From positions 125,164 through 189,163 of the forward strand of contig JBEKTQ010000007.1 of the NCBI GenBank assembly GCA_049515895.1: DNA of 64,000 nucleotides, in the 5' to 3' direction. How positions within the stretch are numbered: position 1 is the first letter of the stretch; each line of letters begins with the position of its first letter. The stretch comes from Candidatus Bathyarchaeia archaeon (GTDB taxonomy: Archaea; Thermoproteota; Bathyarchaeia; Bathyarchaeales; Bathycorpusculaceae). Of this stretch, positions 9,910-19,840 are shown one piece after another. The translations under genes were made by a program, and so were the position numbers. Under the pieces are notes generated by a model that was not told the origin of the DNA, searched no databases, and saw only the letters and a program-made list of their open reading frames with translations.

Positions 9910-10711
9910 CAGTTATCACTGTACCAACCTTATGATTCAATACTGAACTTATAGGTTCATTTCCGGTGCCCGCCGTGACTAAAACCTCTTTGACTCCTTG
10001 ACTTAATGCCTCCAACGCCGCGTGCACCTTAGTACTCATGCCTTGCCCAATGCTAGATAAAACCTCTTTAACCTCGGTGGCAGCAATTTTAGGAACACAC
10101 TCGCCTCTAAGCATTAAGCCCTGCACGTCTGTAAGAAGAATTAAGCGGTCTGCCTTCAATGCGCCAGCGATTATCGCCGCTGTTCGGTCGCCATCCACAT
10201 TGAGCGGTTCCCAGTCCTGGCTAATCGCAATAGGGGTCACAATCGGCACGTACCCCTTATCAAGCAGAAGATTAAGAAGCTCGGCGTTTACCGAAGTAAT
10301 TTTTCCTGTGTAACCGCCGTCGATAACTTTTTTGCGTCCCCGTTCGTCAACGGCGATAAGTTTTTTTTTCCGTTCAGCCTTTAGGGTGGCTGCATCCAAC
10401 CCCGTTAATCCCACTGCTGGTATGCCTTGGCTTTGAAGGGCTAGAACGATTTGTTTGTTGATTTTGCCAGCCATAACCATGGTGTAAATCTCAATGGTTT
10501 CTTTGTCGGTGTAGCGGCTTCTGAATCCTTCAGGTGAAACAATGAATTTTTGTTCTTTTCCGAGTTTTGAGGCTATTTCTGTGACTTCTACGCCGCCACC
10601 GTGGACGAGCACGACTTTATTGGTTTTGGCTACTTCTTTTAGGTCAGCGACTAAATTTTGAGATGCGCCCTCTTTGAGTATGCTTCCACCCATCTTGATA
10701 ACAAGCAGCAT
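9902..10711 (-). CDS. lysZ: [LysW]-aminoadipate/glutamate kinase
   Basis: KMGGS, VHGGG, SRYTD and NVDGDR motifs. Confidence 0.9.
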   Translation of the reverse strand: MLLVIKMGGSILKEGASQNLVADLKEVAKTNKVVLVHGGGVEVTEIASKLGKEQKFIVSPEGFRSRYTDKETIEIYTMVMAGKINKQIVLALQSQGIPAVGLTGLDAATLKAERKKKLIAVDERGRKKVIDGGYTGKITSVNAELLNLLLDKGYVPIVTPIAISQDWEPLNVDGDRTAAIIAGALKADRLILLTDVQGLMLRGECVPKIAATEVKEVLSSIGQGMSTKVHAALEALSQGVKEVLVTAGTGNEPISSVLNHKVGTVITGE

Positions 10712-10715
10712 GGTA

Positions 10716-11771
10716 TCACATCGGATGGAATCCAGTGCTCTTCAGGCCAGTGGTCTCATCAATGCCCAGCTGTATATTCATGCATTGCACGGCTTGGCCT
10801 GATGCGCCCTTGGTCATGTTGTCGATTGCAGAGAAAAGCAAAAGACGATTCGCGTGTTCATCAATCTCGAAGCCGATATCGCAAAAGTTTGTGCCTAAAG
10901 TAACTTTCGGGTCGGGCAACTGATAAGGTCCCTTCTGATACTTCACTAAGCGCACGAAGGGTTCATTCCCGTACATTCCCCGAAGAACTCTCCAAAGGTC
11001 TTTGTTCTCCAACTTCTGTTTAGGAAAAGTATGAATAGTCGCCAGAATCCCCCGGACCATATTGACTGCATGTGGGGTAAACGAGATTTTAACTGGGTCG
11101 CTGCTCAACGCGTTAAGTTCTTGTTCAACCTCGGCAGTGTGACGGTGACCAGCTACTTGGTAGGGCCGTACTCCACTGAAGCGTTCAGGATGATGAGAGG
11201 AAATAGACGGTTTGCTGCCTCCGCCTGAAGAACCAACCTTGAGATCTACAACAATTTTGTCTTTATCAACCAGCCCAGCCTTCACTATAGGTGCTAAACC
11301 CAAAATGGCGGATGTTGCCATGCAGCCTGGGCAACCGATTAACTTCGCGTTTTTTATTTCTTCACGGTGAAGTTCGGGCAACCCATATGCGGCGCCTTTT
11401 AGCATTTCAGGGTGAGCATGCTTCCAACCATAATAAGTTTCGTAATCAGCTGGGTTTTTGAGGCGGAAATCAGCGCTCATATCGATTACCTTTAAGCCCG
11501 CCTCCAAAAGTTTGGGAACAAGATTCACTGAACCCCCATGCGGCGTAGCTGTGAATATCAGATCGCAGTTTTTCTGCAACTCAGCCACGTCTAAGGGCAC
11601 AAATTTCAACTGGGTTAAACCCCGCAGGTTCGGATGGACGTTGAAAACGAATTCTCCTGCGCTTTGCCGCGATATAACCATGGTTACCTCTGCTTGGGGA
11701 TGAAGAAGCAGCAGCCGCAGGAGTTCACTGCCAACGTACCCCGAACCACCGATTATTCCAACTCGCACCAT
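10716..11771 (-). CDS. lysY: [LysW]-aminoadipyl/glutamyl-phosphate reductase (ArgC family)
   Basis: GGSGYVG, PGCMAT, HPER, HRH and DNMTKGASGQA motifs. Confidence 0.9.
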   Translation of the reverse strand: MVRVGIIGGSGYVGSELLRLLLLHPQAEVTMVISRQSAGEFVFNVHPNLRGLTQLKFVPLDVAELQKNCDLIFTATPHGGSVNLVPKLLEAGLKVIDMSADFRLKNPADYETYYGWKHAHPEMLKGAAYGLPELHREEIKNAKLIGCPGCMATSAILGLAPIVKAGLVDKDKIVVDLKVGSSGGGSKPSISSHHPERFSGVRPYQVAGHRHTAEVEQELNALSSDPVKISFTPHAVNMVRGILATIHTFPKQKLENKDLWRVLRGMYGNEPFVRLVKYQKGPYQLPDPKVTLGTNFCDIGFEIDEHANRLLLFSAIDNMTKGASGQAVQCMNIQLGIDETTGLKSTGFHPM

Positions 11772-11796
11772 TTTTCATTCTTCCTTTTTCATTTGA

Positions 11797-12981
11797 TTAA
11801 TGGTCTATTAGGCTTTGAGCAGCCTTCAGTAGGGGAACCGCAACGTTAAGCCCCGTTGCGAGTCTAGTATTCTCCCAGAACTCGGGACACGAATTTGATT
11901 CATGAAACACAAGAGCGCTTTTATTTTTTTCTACGCTCTCTTCAATGATGTTTTTGATATTTTCGTAAGAGTCACTGTTCGCGTAAATCTGGAATGCTTT
12001 TTCCAGCTTTGTGGTCCAAACTTGAAAATCAGTTAGGCGCATCTGATCTTGCTTAACTTTCTGAACGGGCAAAAACGCTTGTCCAGCCTTATCTAACTGG
12101 CCCTTAAGGTAAACATCATCAACATTTTTGTTTTCCTGATGGTTCACCATTGCATCCAATGCGAAAATCCATGCTTCGCTGCCTTTGCCCAACGTCTTGC
12201 CACATTTCACCGCAAGTTCCTGAATTGTTTTGGGTAGCTTGGCACCGAAAACTAAGTTGCCCAAGAAAGTGTTGGTTCTAAAATCTTTAAAACCGGCTCT
12301 TGCCATCGCAGTTGGGTAACAGACAGGCTGCTTGCCTTTTTCTTTTGAGACGATAATCCGCAGGTCGTAAAACCACTTTTCAACCAGTTCCTGCGCGACT
12401 ACGCCAACTGGATTGATGATTGACGGTTTTGTTTCCTTTATGTTACTGATAAGCTCCTCAGTATTTTTCGACAGCATGATCATCTTGCCATGCGTCCCAG
12501 CGTCAGCTTTAATAACAATGCCGTCTGACAGGGGGATTTCTTGCTGGATTAGATCTGCTATGTCTTTCTCATTATGGATTTCTTGCCCATTCTTGAGGGT
12601 GTCAGTTGCGTCGCATGGCACATAAACTGTCTTGGGAATTGGCAAGCCTTCCTTCCACAGCTTCAGCAAAGTGCGCAGTTTGCTGTAGCAGACAAATTCG
12701 GTTTGAGACGTGTTCAAAGTTTTTTTTCCAAGCTGTTCCATCATGTAAGAAGCTTGGAGGCGACGGTTTTTGCTTTGCGCGCGGTTAAGCACGACCGCGA
12801 CGTCTTTGACTATTCTCGTATAGTCTTTGCCTTTAGTTTTAGCATTGAAACCGTCTTTGAAAATCGAGATAGCGATTTTTCTGAAGGGCAGAAAAGTCAA
12901 ATCAACATCTAATTGTTGAGCAGTTAGTTTGATGCCGTTTTCATCGTTTTCGGACCGTTCATACAAAAGAGCAATGCTCAT
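11797..12981 (-). CDS. Divergent, enlarged LysX/ArgX-like ATP-grasp ligase
   Basis: Sits between lysW and lysY. VLNR, SKLRT..L...GLPIPKT, QELV, DLR, FRTN..LG and ESNSCPEF match the RimK/LysX layout, but the protein is 394 aa. Confidence 0.72.
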   Translation of the reverse strand: MSIALLYERSENDENGIKLTAQQLDVDLTFLPFRKIAISIFKDGFNAKTKGKDYTRIVKDVAVVLNRAQSKNRRLQASYMMEQLGKKTLNTSQTEFVCYSKLRTLLKLWKEGLPIPKTVYVPCDATDTLKNGQEIHNEKDIADLIQQEIPLSDGIVIKADAGTHGKMIMLSKNTEELISNIKETKPSIINPVGVVAQELVEKWFYDLRIIVSKEKGKQPVCYPTAMARAGFKDFRTNTFLGNLVFGAKLPKTIQELAVKCGKTLGKGSEAWIFALDAMVNHQENKNVDDVYLKGQLDKAGQAFLPVQKVKQDQMRLTDFQVWTTKLEKAFQIYANSDSYENIKNIIEESVEKNKSALVFHESNSCPEFWENTRLATGLNVAVPLLKAAQSLIDH

Positions 12982-13051
12982 CGCTTCTCTGCCTCCACCA
13001 AAAAATATTCAAGAAACTGAGTCAAATGAAGGCTTAGCGGTGAATAACTGG

Positions 13052-13225
13052 TTATTCTCCCCAGTCTTCCCCTTCAATTGTTAACTCTTGAAGGTCTACG
13101 CATCCGCCTTTAACCTGTTTAACTTCGAGTTCAAGTCCGCAACCCGGGCAACTGAGGATTTCTCCTTTCTCTGCGTCAACTGGAACATCAAGCTCGGCGT
13201 CACAGTCAGGGCATTTTGCTTTCAT
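13052..13225 (-). CDS. lysW: Amino-group carrier protein LysW
   Basis: CPDC...CPGC zinc ribbon and C-terminal EDWGE. Start probably ATG 13225 (ATG 13258 is an alternative). Confidence 0.95.
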   Translation of the reverse strand: MKAKCPDCDAELDVPVDAEKGEILSCPGCGLELEVKQVKGGCVDLQELTIEGEDWGE

Positions 13226-13317
13226 GTTTTGGGAATTTGAATTTACAGGTTTAATCATTTTTTATTCGTCACTTTATTTTTTATAGGAAATGACTTTTTC
13301 ATTAATTCAATACTAAA

Positions 13318-13343
13318 TTTAAACATTGTGACTAATTTGTTAC
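13318..13343 (-). promoter_or_regulatory. lysW-operon promoter/operator GTAACAAATTAGTCACAATGTTTAAA
   Basis: Imperfect inverted repeat directly followed by a TTTAAA TATA box; 22/26 identical to the argG upstream sequence. Confidence 0.65.
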
Positions 13344-13507
13344 AACTTGAACTACTAATGTTCCATTTGGTGCACCCGCCAAAAACGCTGAAAGTCACAA
13401 GAACATTCAACAAACGAGAAAAAATGACGAAAAACGTACCATGGACCAGCATCCACAAGGGAAAACGTTAAATTTTCCACAAAGTAATAACCAATCGGCG
13501 GCAACAG

Positions 13508-13918
13508 ATGGACGAAAAAGACAAAGAAATACTCAAGCTTCTAAAAGACGACGCAAGAGCAGGCTACGGAGACATCGGAGCAAAAATCGGGCTTTCAGAA
13601 GGCGCAGTCCGAAAAAGAATCAAAACGTTAACCGACGAAGGAATAATACGAAAATTCACCGTTAAGATCAGCCTCACGGAAGGTGCTCAAGCCATAACTT
13701 TACTTACAGCAAACACCGCCTGCCCAACGCAGGAAGTGTCAAAGAAGATCCAGGCGATCCCGAACGTTGAAACAACTTACGAGGTCAGCGGCGAATACGA
13801 CATTGTCGCAGTCATCGGCGGCATGAACATGACTGAAGTAAACGAATGCATCGAAAAAATCCGCATGGTTGAAGGAATAGTCAAAACCAACACAATGATC
13901 GTTCTCCGCAGTTCCTGA
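13508..13918 (+). CDS. Lrp/AsnC family regulator (LysM-like)
   Basis: N-terminal HTH (GLSEGAVRKRI) and RAM domain (VSGEYDI); divergent from lysW. Confidence 0.88.
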   Translation: MDEKDKEILKLLKDDARAGYGDIGAKIGLSEGAVRKRIKTLTDEGIIRKFTVKISLTEGAQAITLLTANTACPTQEVSKKIQAIPNVETTYEVSGEYDIVAVIGGMNMTEVNECIEKIRMVEGIVKTNTMIVLRSS

Positions 13919-14061
13919 TGCGGCTAACTCCGTGATTGCGGGCGGCCGAAAATAGTTTTCCCCTCGGATTCGTAGGTGTGTTGAACAGACAGGAAGTTGA
14001 AGGCAGAATTAATAATGTTTATTAATATTCCAGATACATGCTTTTGTTGGAGCTGTAGAAA

Positions 14062-14706
14062 ATGAATGAAAAGCTGCAAGAAAGCGCTCAGTACCTGAAG
14101 TGCTTCAACAACATGGAGATTGAAGCTTTCCGGGTTTATGAAGCGCTATCTAAGAAGATCAACCAGCCTGAAAGCAGTTTTGTTTTGGGGTTAGGCTATG
14201 ACAGCCTTAAATGCTCAAAAATCCTTCAAGGGATACTCAGCCATCTTGACCTCTCTCAGATCGAAGGCTTAGAATGCAAAAAAGAAATTGCGGAGTTAGC
14301 AGCCGAAATTTCGAGGTTTACCAAAGTATTATCTACCATTAACAACTTGAGTCCCCTGCTTAGCTGCGAAATAATGAGTGAACTAATCAACATGGAGGAC
14401 CTCTTGAACGAGACCTATACGAATTACCTGCAGGGTTCAGCCACCAAGTTTGTCGCGGACGAGTTTTCAGCGTTGATCCCCCAAAGCTCAAACAACTTTA
14501 AGCGAATCTTCGATTCGTTCGTTGAAGAAAAAGAAAGACACCGCCAAACCCTCATCGAAGTTATCTACAGCCTAGAATCCAAAGAAGCCGAAAAAATCCG
14601 GCATGTAACACCAGTTGTCAAATACCAAAACCCCGACTCATGGTACCACGAATCAACAATCCACGCCTTCACAAGGATCCCAATAAGGGCCAAAAACCAG
14701 CCTTAA
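14062..14706 (+). CDS. Hypothetical protein, possibly ferritin-like four-helix bundle
   Basis: Long ORF with E..A...Y and EEKERH patterns. Confidence 0.55.
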   Translation: MNEKLQESAQYLKCFNNMEIEAFRVYEALSKKINQPESSFVLGLGYDSLKCSKILQGILSHLDLSQIEGLECKKEIAELAAEISRFTKVLSTINNLSPLLSCEIMSELINMEDLLNETYTNYLQGSATKFVADEFSALIPQSSNNFKRIFDSFVEEKERHRQTLIEVIYSLESKEAEKIRHVTPVVKYQNPDSWYHESTIHAFTRIPIRAKNQP

Positions 14707-14958
14707 TCCAAGTCAACTCAAGATCAGTTTCTCCCTGTTTCTTTAGTGGCAGGCAAAATCTAGCTTTCAACGCGTGTTTCTGTAATCGCTGGAAAGGAAA
14801 TTCAATCCTACCTCTATTTCTCTGCCAAAACTAACTTTCATTGCTAACATTTTTGACAATCGCTATTCGTTTTCACTTTCACCTACCCCTCCACTCCCTT
14901 GCACGGCAGTTTCTCAGTTCGCCTTTTAACCAACCCCAAACGATAAGCCTGACTCAAG

Positions 14959-15204
14959 GTGGTTCACATCAAAAAGAAAACAGCACTCTTAACCGAGCAA
15001 GAAGACTTCCAGCTTGACTTGACACTTCATGACGTTCCAGCTTCTCTGATCAGCGAGTTTGCAGAGAAAATCGTAGGGCCTTACTACAACGGCAATTTGA
15101 ACCTTGCCATACAAGACCTGATAGGAAAAATCCTGTCAGAGCAAGAATTTGTACATTCACACATAACGCATGTCAAAAATCCGGTCGCGCACAAAAACAA
15201 GTAA
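14959..15204 (+). CDS. Small hypothetical protein (possible ribbon-helix-helix type)
   Basis: 81-aa ORF with beta-helix-helix-like pattern (LDLTLHDVPASLISEF...LNLAIQDLI). Confidence 0.55.
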   Translation: MVHIKKKTALLTEQEDFQLDLTLHDVPASLISEFAEKIVGPYYNGNLNLAIQDLIGKILSEQEFVHSHITHVKNPVAHKNK

Positions 15205-15254
15205 ACTCAACAACTGACTATTATTTTCGTGGCTAATCGCTACTCAAAACTATT

Positions 15255-15971
15255 TTATTCCAATCTTTTCCGCAGAATTTTCTCGACACCGCTTGTTTTT
15301 CCGATGTAGACAATATCTGTTAAGTTGACAAAAAAGCCTGTTTCCACAACTCCCGGAATCATTTTTATCTTAACTTCCAATTCACCCGGATTGGCGATTT
15401 CGCCGAAATAGCAATCTAAAATGGCATTACCGTTGTCTGTTATTGTCGGGCCTAGTTTGCCTTTTCCCTCACGCAGCACAGGATGACCGCCAGCAGCAAC
15501 GATTTTTCGTTTAACCAGTGAAATAGCGAACGGCAAAATCTCAACGGGTACACCTTGATCTTTTTCGCCCAGCAACTTGACTTTTTTGTTCTCGTCAGCA
15601 ATAATGATGTTTAGTTTTGAGGCTGCTGCAACAATCTTTTCCCTCGCCAAAGCTGCTCCCATGCCCTTGATTAAATACAATTCAGGGGTAACCTGGTCTG
15701 CCCCATCAATGGTTACGTCAACTTCTGAGTGCTCATCCAAAGTTGTGATCGGAATTCTGCGTTCGACCGCTAGCAGGAAAGCTTGATATGAAGTGGGAAT
15801 ACCCATAATGTGCAGGTTTTCACGTTTCGCTCTTTCTCCAAGGGCTTCGACGGCAAACGCGGCTGTGCTTCCACTGCCTAAACCTACAATAAATCCATCT
15901 TTGACATGATTTACCGCGGCCAACGCTGCATTCCGCTTTGCCTCTTGAATTGGATCAAGGTTAGCTTTCAA
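15255..15971 (-). CDS. rpiA: Ribose-5-phosphate isomerase A
   Basis: GLGSGSTA, DGAD, KG.GAAL.REK, TDNGN and PGVVETG motifs. Confidence 0.95.
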   Translation of the reverse strand: MKANLDPIQEAKRNAALAAVNHVKDGFIVGLGSGSTAAFAVEALGERAKRENLHIMGIPTSYQAFLLAVERRIPITTLDEHSEVDVTIDGADQVTPELYLIKGMGAALAREKIVAAASKLNIIIADENKKVKLLGEKDQGVPVEILPFAISLVKRKIVAAGGHPVLREGKGKLGPTITDNGNAILDCYFGEIANPGELEVKIKMIPGVVETGFFVNLTDIVYIGKTSGVEKILRKRLE

Positions 15972-16710
15972 TTTCCATCTGCCCCAGCTTATCTAGAACC
16001 TTCTCAACTTCACTTCGAATCGACTCAATCCTTTTCTCAGCCTCAGTTTTAGCATCAGGTTTCTCTTCAGATGGCTTACGTTTCCGCTTCTGCTTTTCCT
16101 CGCCAGCGGTTTCTTCCTCTTCCTCCGCCTCATCAATTTTCTCCATTTGCGAAGCAGGCGCCGTTGTGGGCATTTTTACAGGTATCTCTTTTATCGGTTT
16201 GACGTCGATTCTGGTTCTCAACTCCTCAACCTTAGACGTCAATTCCGTAAAGCGCTCGCTGAAAAGCTTCATCAAATCTTCCTGCATATCTTCAAGGTCA
16301 TGTAGCGCAACTATCGATTCATCTTTTGAAATGGATTCCTTAATTGACATCATTCTTGCTGTGTATGTTCCAGCAAGCTTCTCGCGTTCTTGCTCGTTAA
16401 TTTTACCTTCAGCTTGAGCTTCATAAAGACGGCGAATCGCGTCGCTTAAAATTTCCCGCTCCAAATCCAGCATCCGCAACTCATTTTTGGCGGTGGAAGC
16501 TGTAGATGCCTGAACACTCTTGGAGATTTTGAACGGTGAAGCTGAATAATCAAGGTCCGAATCGCTCGCCAATGTTTGGGTCCGCTGTGGTTTTTTCTTC
16601 GGCGGAGTCTTGTTGCTGAGGCGTCTCATGGCGTAAATGACTACTCCGCATGCGAAAATTATCACTACCGCAACTGCAGTGACCCATAATGGATCGTCAT
16701 ACCAAGCCAT
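15961..16710 (-). CDS. Membrane-anchored coiled-coil hypothetical protein
   Basis: N-terminal TM helix followed by a charged helical region; overlaps the rpiA start. Confidence 0.7.
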   Translation of the reverse strand: MAWYDDPLWVTAVAVVIIFACGVVIYAMRRLSNKTPPKKKPQRTQTLASDSDLDYSASPFKISKSVQASTASTAKNELRMLDLEREILSDAIRRLYEAQAEGKINEQEREKLAGTYTARMMSIKESISKDESIVALHDLEDMQEDLMKLFSERFTELTSKVEELRTRIDVKPIKEIPVKMPTTAPASQMEKIDEAEEEEETAGEEKQKRKRKPSEEKPDAKTEAEKRIESIRSEVEKVLDKLGQMEIES

Positions 16711-16809
16711 GCCTAGCTGTCCTCGGTATCTTGATTATGTACCATTAATATATAAATTATACAAATCTTAGAGGATTTTCAGGATTGGGAGCCAAGAAAC
16801 TTGTTGTTT

Positions 16810-17640
16810 TCACTTTTGTCTGTCTAATGTTTTAAGCATGCCTCCTGACTGATACCCTCCTAAATCAACGGTTACGTACTTAAAACCAAGCCTTTTCAAG
16901 GATTCACACACGGTGTCCAAAACATTGACGTTGCAGAAAACAAGTCGCTCCGTTTTTCCCACTTCTATTCTGGCTAAGCCGCTGTGGTCTCTCACCCGAA
17001 CTTGCTTAGCACCAGTTATCGCTTTCACGGCTTGCTCCGCTTTGTCAATTCGGGTTAACTTTTCGGCCGTGATTCTCTCGTTGAACGGTATCCTCGACGC
17101 CAAACACGCTAAAGCAAGCTTTCCATGGACGCTGAGCCCCATTTCTTTTGCCACTTGCCGAATTTCGTCCTTTGTAAACTTGTTGAGCATCCACGGACTG
17201 TACACGTTTTTTGTTTCTTTAACGGCTTGGAAGCCTGGCCTGTGATCATTCAAATCGGAGAAGTTTGTGCCTTCAAAAACAGCTTCGAATTCGATTTCAT
17301 GTGCAAAGTCGCTTAGGTTTTTGAGAAGTGCTTTTTTGCAGTAGTAGCAGCGGTTTTCTGGGTTTCGGCTAAAATCCTCGTTTGATAACTCGTCAGTTTC
17401 AATTATGAATAGTTTGATGCCTATTTCCTTGGCTACTCTCTTGGCATCCTCTAGTTCTTCAGAGGTGTAAGTGGGCGACTGAGCGATAACAGCCACCGCT
17501 TTCTCGCCCAGAACCTCGCGGCTTATCGCCGCTAGAGTTGAGCTGTCTACACCTCCGGAGAAAGCGATTACTGCTCCGTTTTTCCCAGTTTCTCTGATGA
17601 AATGTCGAAGCTGCTCAAGTTTGTGGCTTAACTCTTCCAT
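16810..17640 (-). CDS. larE: ATP-dependent sulfur transferase LarE
   Basis: SGGVDS PP-loop, RCYYCK, RPG, ACLASR and QVRVRDH motifs. Confidence 0.92.
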   Translation of the reverse strand: MEELSHKLEQLRHFIRETGKNGAVIAFSGGVDSSTLAAISREVLGEKAVAVIAQSPTYTSEELEDAKRVAKEIGIKLFIIETDELSNEDFSRNPENRCYYCKKALLKNLSDFAHEIEFEAVFEGTNFSDLNDHRPGFQAVKETKNVYSPWMLNKFTKDEIRQVAKEMGLSVHGKLALACLASRIPFNERITAEKLTRIDKAEQAVKAITGAKQVRVRDHSGLARIEVGKTERLVFCNVNVLDTVCESLKRLGFKYVTVDLGGYQSGGMLKTLDRQK

Positions 17641-17649
17641 GCCGATTAC

Positions 17650-18900
17650 CTATTTTGAATAAAAAAGTTCTCTTGCACGTGAAACCGCCATTTCCGAGAG
17701 TTCTCTGAGGGGCTTGTTAGTTTTTTCCGCGAGCCTTTTAAGGTCATCGTACTCGGGTTTTATGCGGATAATGCTTCCATCAGTGTTCTTGGCGATTTTG
17801 ACTTTCACAAGTTCCTTTGTTCCGCCAACGAGCAAGTCGACTGAGGATAGTTCCCGATTTATGATGTGCCTTTCACACGGGTAAACCCTGACGCCTAGCG
17901 TTCCAGTCTCTTCAATCAGCACGCGGGAAAGACGTTTGGCATCTTTTTGGTCAGCAACAACCTTGACTATTTGCCCCGGCCTGTTCTTTTTAGTGAACAT
18001 AGGAATAATGCTAACGTCCTTTGCCCCTTCGGCAAAAAGCCTGTCAACAGCATGCCCCACGATTTCTCCTGAAACGTCATCAATGTTGGTTTCCAACAAT
18101 GCAATCTGATCCGTCATCAAACAGTTCTCTAAAGGCTTACCTACCACTATTCGAAGAATGTTGGGGATTTCAGCAAAATCTTTACCGCCTGCGCCGTAAC
18201 CAACTTCCAAAGGAGCCATTTCAGGGTAAAAACGGCTAACTGCTTCGGCCAAATTGACTATTATTGATGCACCAGTAGGTGTAGCTAATTCAGACTCGAC
18301 AGGTCCCCCTTTGATCGGAAAATTTCTTGACTGAAAAATAGCCAACGCCGCGGGCGAGGGGCTTGAGACTATACCATGTGAGAACTGAAACGTTCCTCCC
18401 CCCACAGATACGGGGGTCGAAACTATCTTCGCCGCAAAGAAGCCGAGGTCTTCCAAGGCAACAGCTGACCCAATAATTTCGGCAGCAGTGTCAACCAATC
18501 CGACCTCATGCAGATGCGCGTCCGCTAAGTTGTGTCCATGAAGCTTCGCCTCGGCGTCAACGAGCGTGTGGATGACATTTGAGGCAAACTGCCTTGATTT
18601 GGCGGAAAGATCTATCGTTTTCGCTGTTTTTTCGACTATCGCTATAAGTTGTTTGCCGTCTTTTCTGGATTTTCCTTCAGCTGTGACATCGACTTTGGTA
18701 GCTAAAAACCCTTTGCGAACAACTTGCCTTATGTCCACTGACACGTTCTTGTAACCGTTTTCGGCCCTTTCTAAGCTCATTATTGCTGAAGTCACTCTTT
18801 CTTTGTTTGCGCCCAGATCCAGTAGCGCGCCTAGCACCATGTCTCCTGAAACACCAGCGACTTGGCAGTCAACGACAACTATTTTAGAAAACTCAGTCAT
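17650..18900 (-). CDS. larC: Nickel pincer cofactor nickel insertase LarC
   Basis: GVSGDM, HLHEVG, TPTGA, ETNIDD, KKNRPG, TGTLGVR and KPEYDD motifs. Start taken at ATG 18900. Confidence 0.92.
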   Translation of the reverse strand: MTEFSKIVVVDCQVAGVSGDMVLGALLDLGANKERVTSAIMSLERAENGYKNVSVDIRQVVRKGFLATKVDVTAEGKSRKDGKQLIAIVEKTAKTIDLSAKSRQFASNVIHTLVDAEAKLHGHNLADAHLHEVGLVDTAAEIIGSAVALEDLGFFAAKIVSTPVSVGGGTFQFSHGIVSSPSPAALAIFQSRNFPIKGGPVESELATPTGASIIVNLAEAVSRFYPEMAPLEVGYGAGGKDFAEIPNILRIVVGKPLENCLMTDQIALLETNIDDVSGEIVGHAVDRLFAEGAKDVSIIPMFTKKNRPGQIVKVVADQKDAKRLSRVLIEETGTLGVRVYPCERHIINRELSSVDLLVGGTKELVKVKIAKNTDGSIIRIKPEYDDLKRLAEKTNKPLRELSEMAVSRARELFYSK

Positions 18901-18978
18901 TATGTTTCGACCGCTTGTTAATATAAAAAAAGCCAAAAACGATATATTACTTGTGGTTTAATGGCAAGTGATTAAATC

Positions 18979-19764
18979 ATGAGTGCGTTGAAGGATATTT
19001 TGGAAAAAACTGCTAAAGGCGAGCTAACGATTGAGGAAGCAGAAAAACTTGTGCGTTTGCAAGCTGTCGCTGAGCTTGAAGGCGTAGCGAAGATAGATTT
19101 TAACAGAGAACAGAGAAAAGGCATTCCAGAAATAATCTTGGCGGAAAACAAAACGGTGTCGGATGTGATCGACATAACTCAGCGAATGATGCATGAAAGC
19201 GGACGAGTAATTGTCAGCAGGTGCAGCCAGCAACAGATTCAAGCCCTCAAAGATGCGTTTCCAAATGAAACCGTTTTTGAAGTAAATGACAAAGCAAGAA
19301 TAGCAGTCGTAAAAACCAAGGATTATACCGTGAAAAGTACTGGAGGAAAAATTGGGATTTTGACGGCCGGTACTTCTGATATTCCTGTAGCTGAAGAGGC
19401 AAAGGTTATTGCGGAAGAGATGGGTTGTGCCGTTTACGCTTCGTATGATTTGGGTGTGGCTGGTATCCACAGGTTGCTTTCGCCGCTGAAGGACTTAATC
19501 TTAAAGGATGTTGACGTTATCATTGTTGTCGCAGGCAGAGAAGGTGCCCTTTGCTCCGTAGTCGCTGGGTTAGTTAGTGTTCCCGTGATTGCGGTTCCAA
19601 CGTCAAACAGTTACGGTTTCGGCGAAAAAGGAGTAAGCACGCTAATGGCCATGCTGCAGTCATGCTCGTTAGGTTTGTCAGTTGTTAACATTGACGCCGG
19701 AGTTGCGGCGGGCGCTGCGGCAACGTTAATCGCTAATCGGGCCGCGAAATTCAGGGAAAAATAA
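18979..19764 (+). CDS. larB: NPN cofactor carboxylase/hydrolase LarB (PurE-like)
   Basis: AGTSDIPVAEEA, GVAGIHRL, AGREGAL, PTS..YG and VVNID motifs. Confidence 0.93.
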   Translation: MSALKDILEKTAKGELTIEEAEKLVRLQAVAELEGVAKIDFNREQRKGIPEIILAENKTVSDVIDITQRMMHESGRVIVSRCSQQQIQALKDAFPNETVFEVNDKARIAVVKTKDYTVKSTGGKIGILTAGTSDIPVAEEAKVIAEEMGCAVYASYDLGVAGIHRLLSPLKDLILKDVDVIIVVAGREGALCSVVAGLVSVPVIAVPTSNSYGFGEKGVSTLMAMLQSCSLGLSVVNIDAGVAAGAAATLIANRAAKFREK

Positions 19765-19840
19765 CCTTGATTATTTTTAAAATTGGAACTTTCAGCATAG
19801 GGGATTCGACCGAACAGGTTGTTTGTGAGTTTAGATAGAA

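Noticed and set aside
13255-13302. Lys-rich uORF MKKSFPIKNKVTNKK overlapping the first lysW ATG (possible lysine leader peptide)
   Set aside because: Its ATG is only about 21 nt after the predicted TATA box (13323), so probably upstream of the TSS, and AAA codons are expected in A-rich promoter DNA. Revisit if the TSS maps above 13302.
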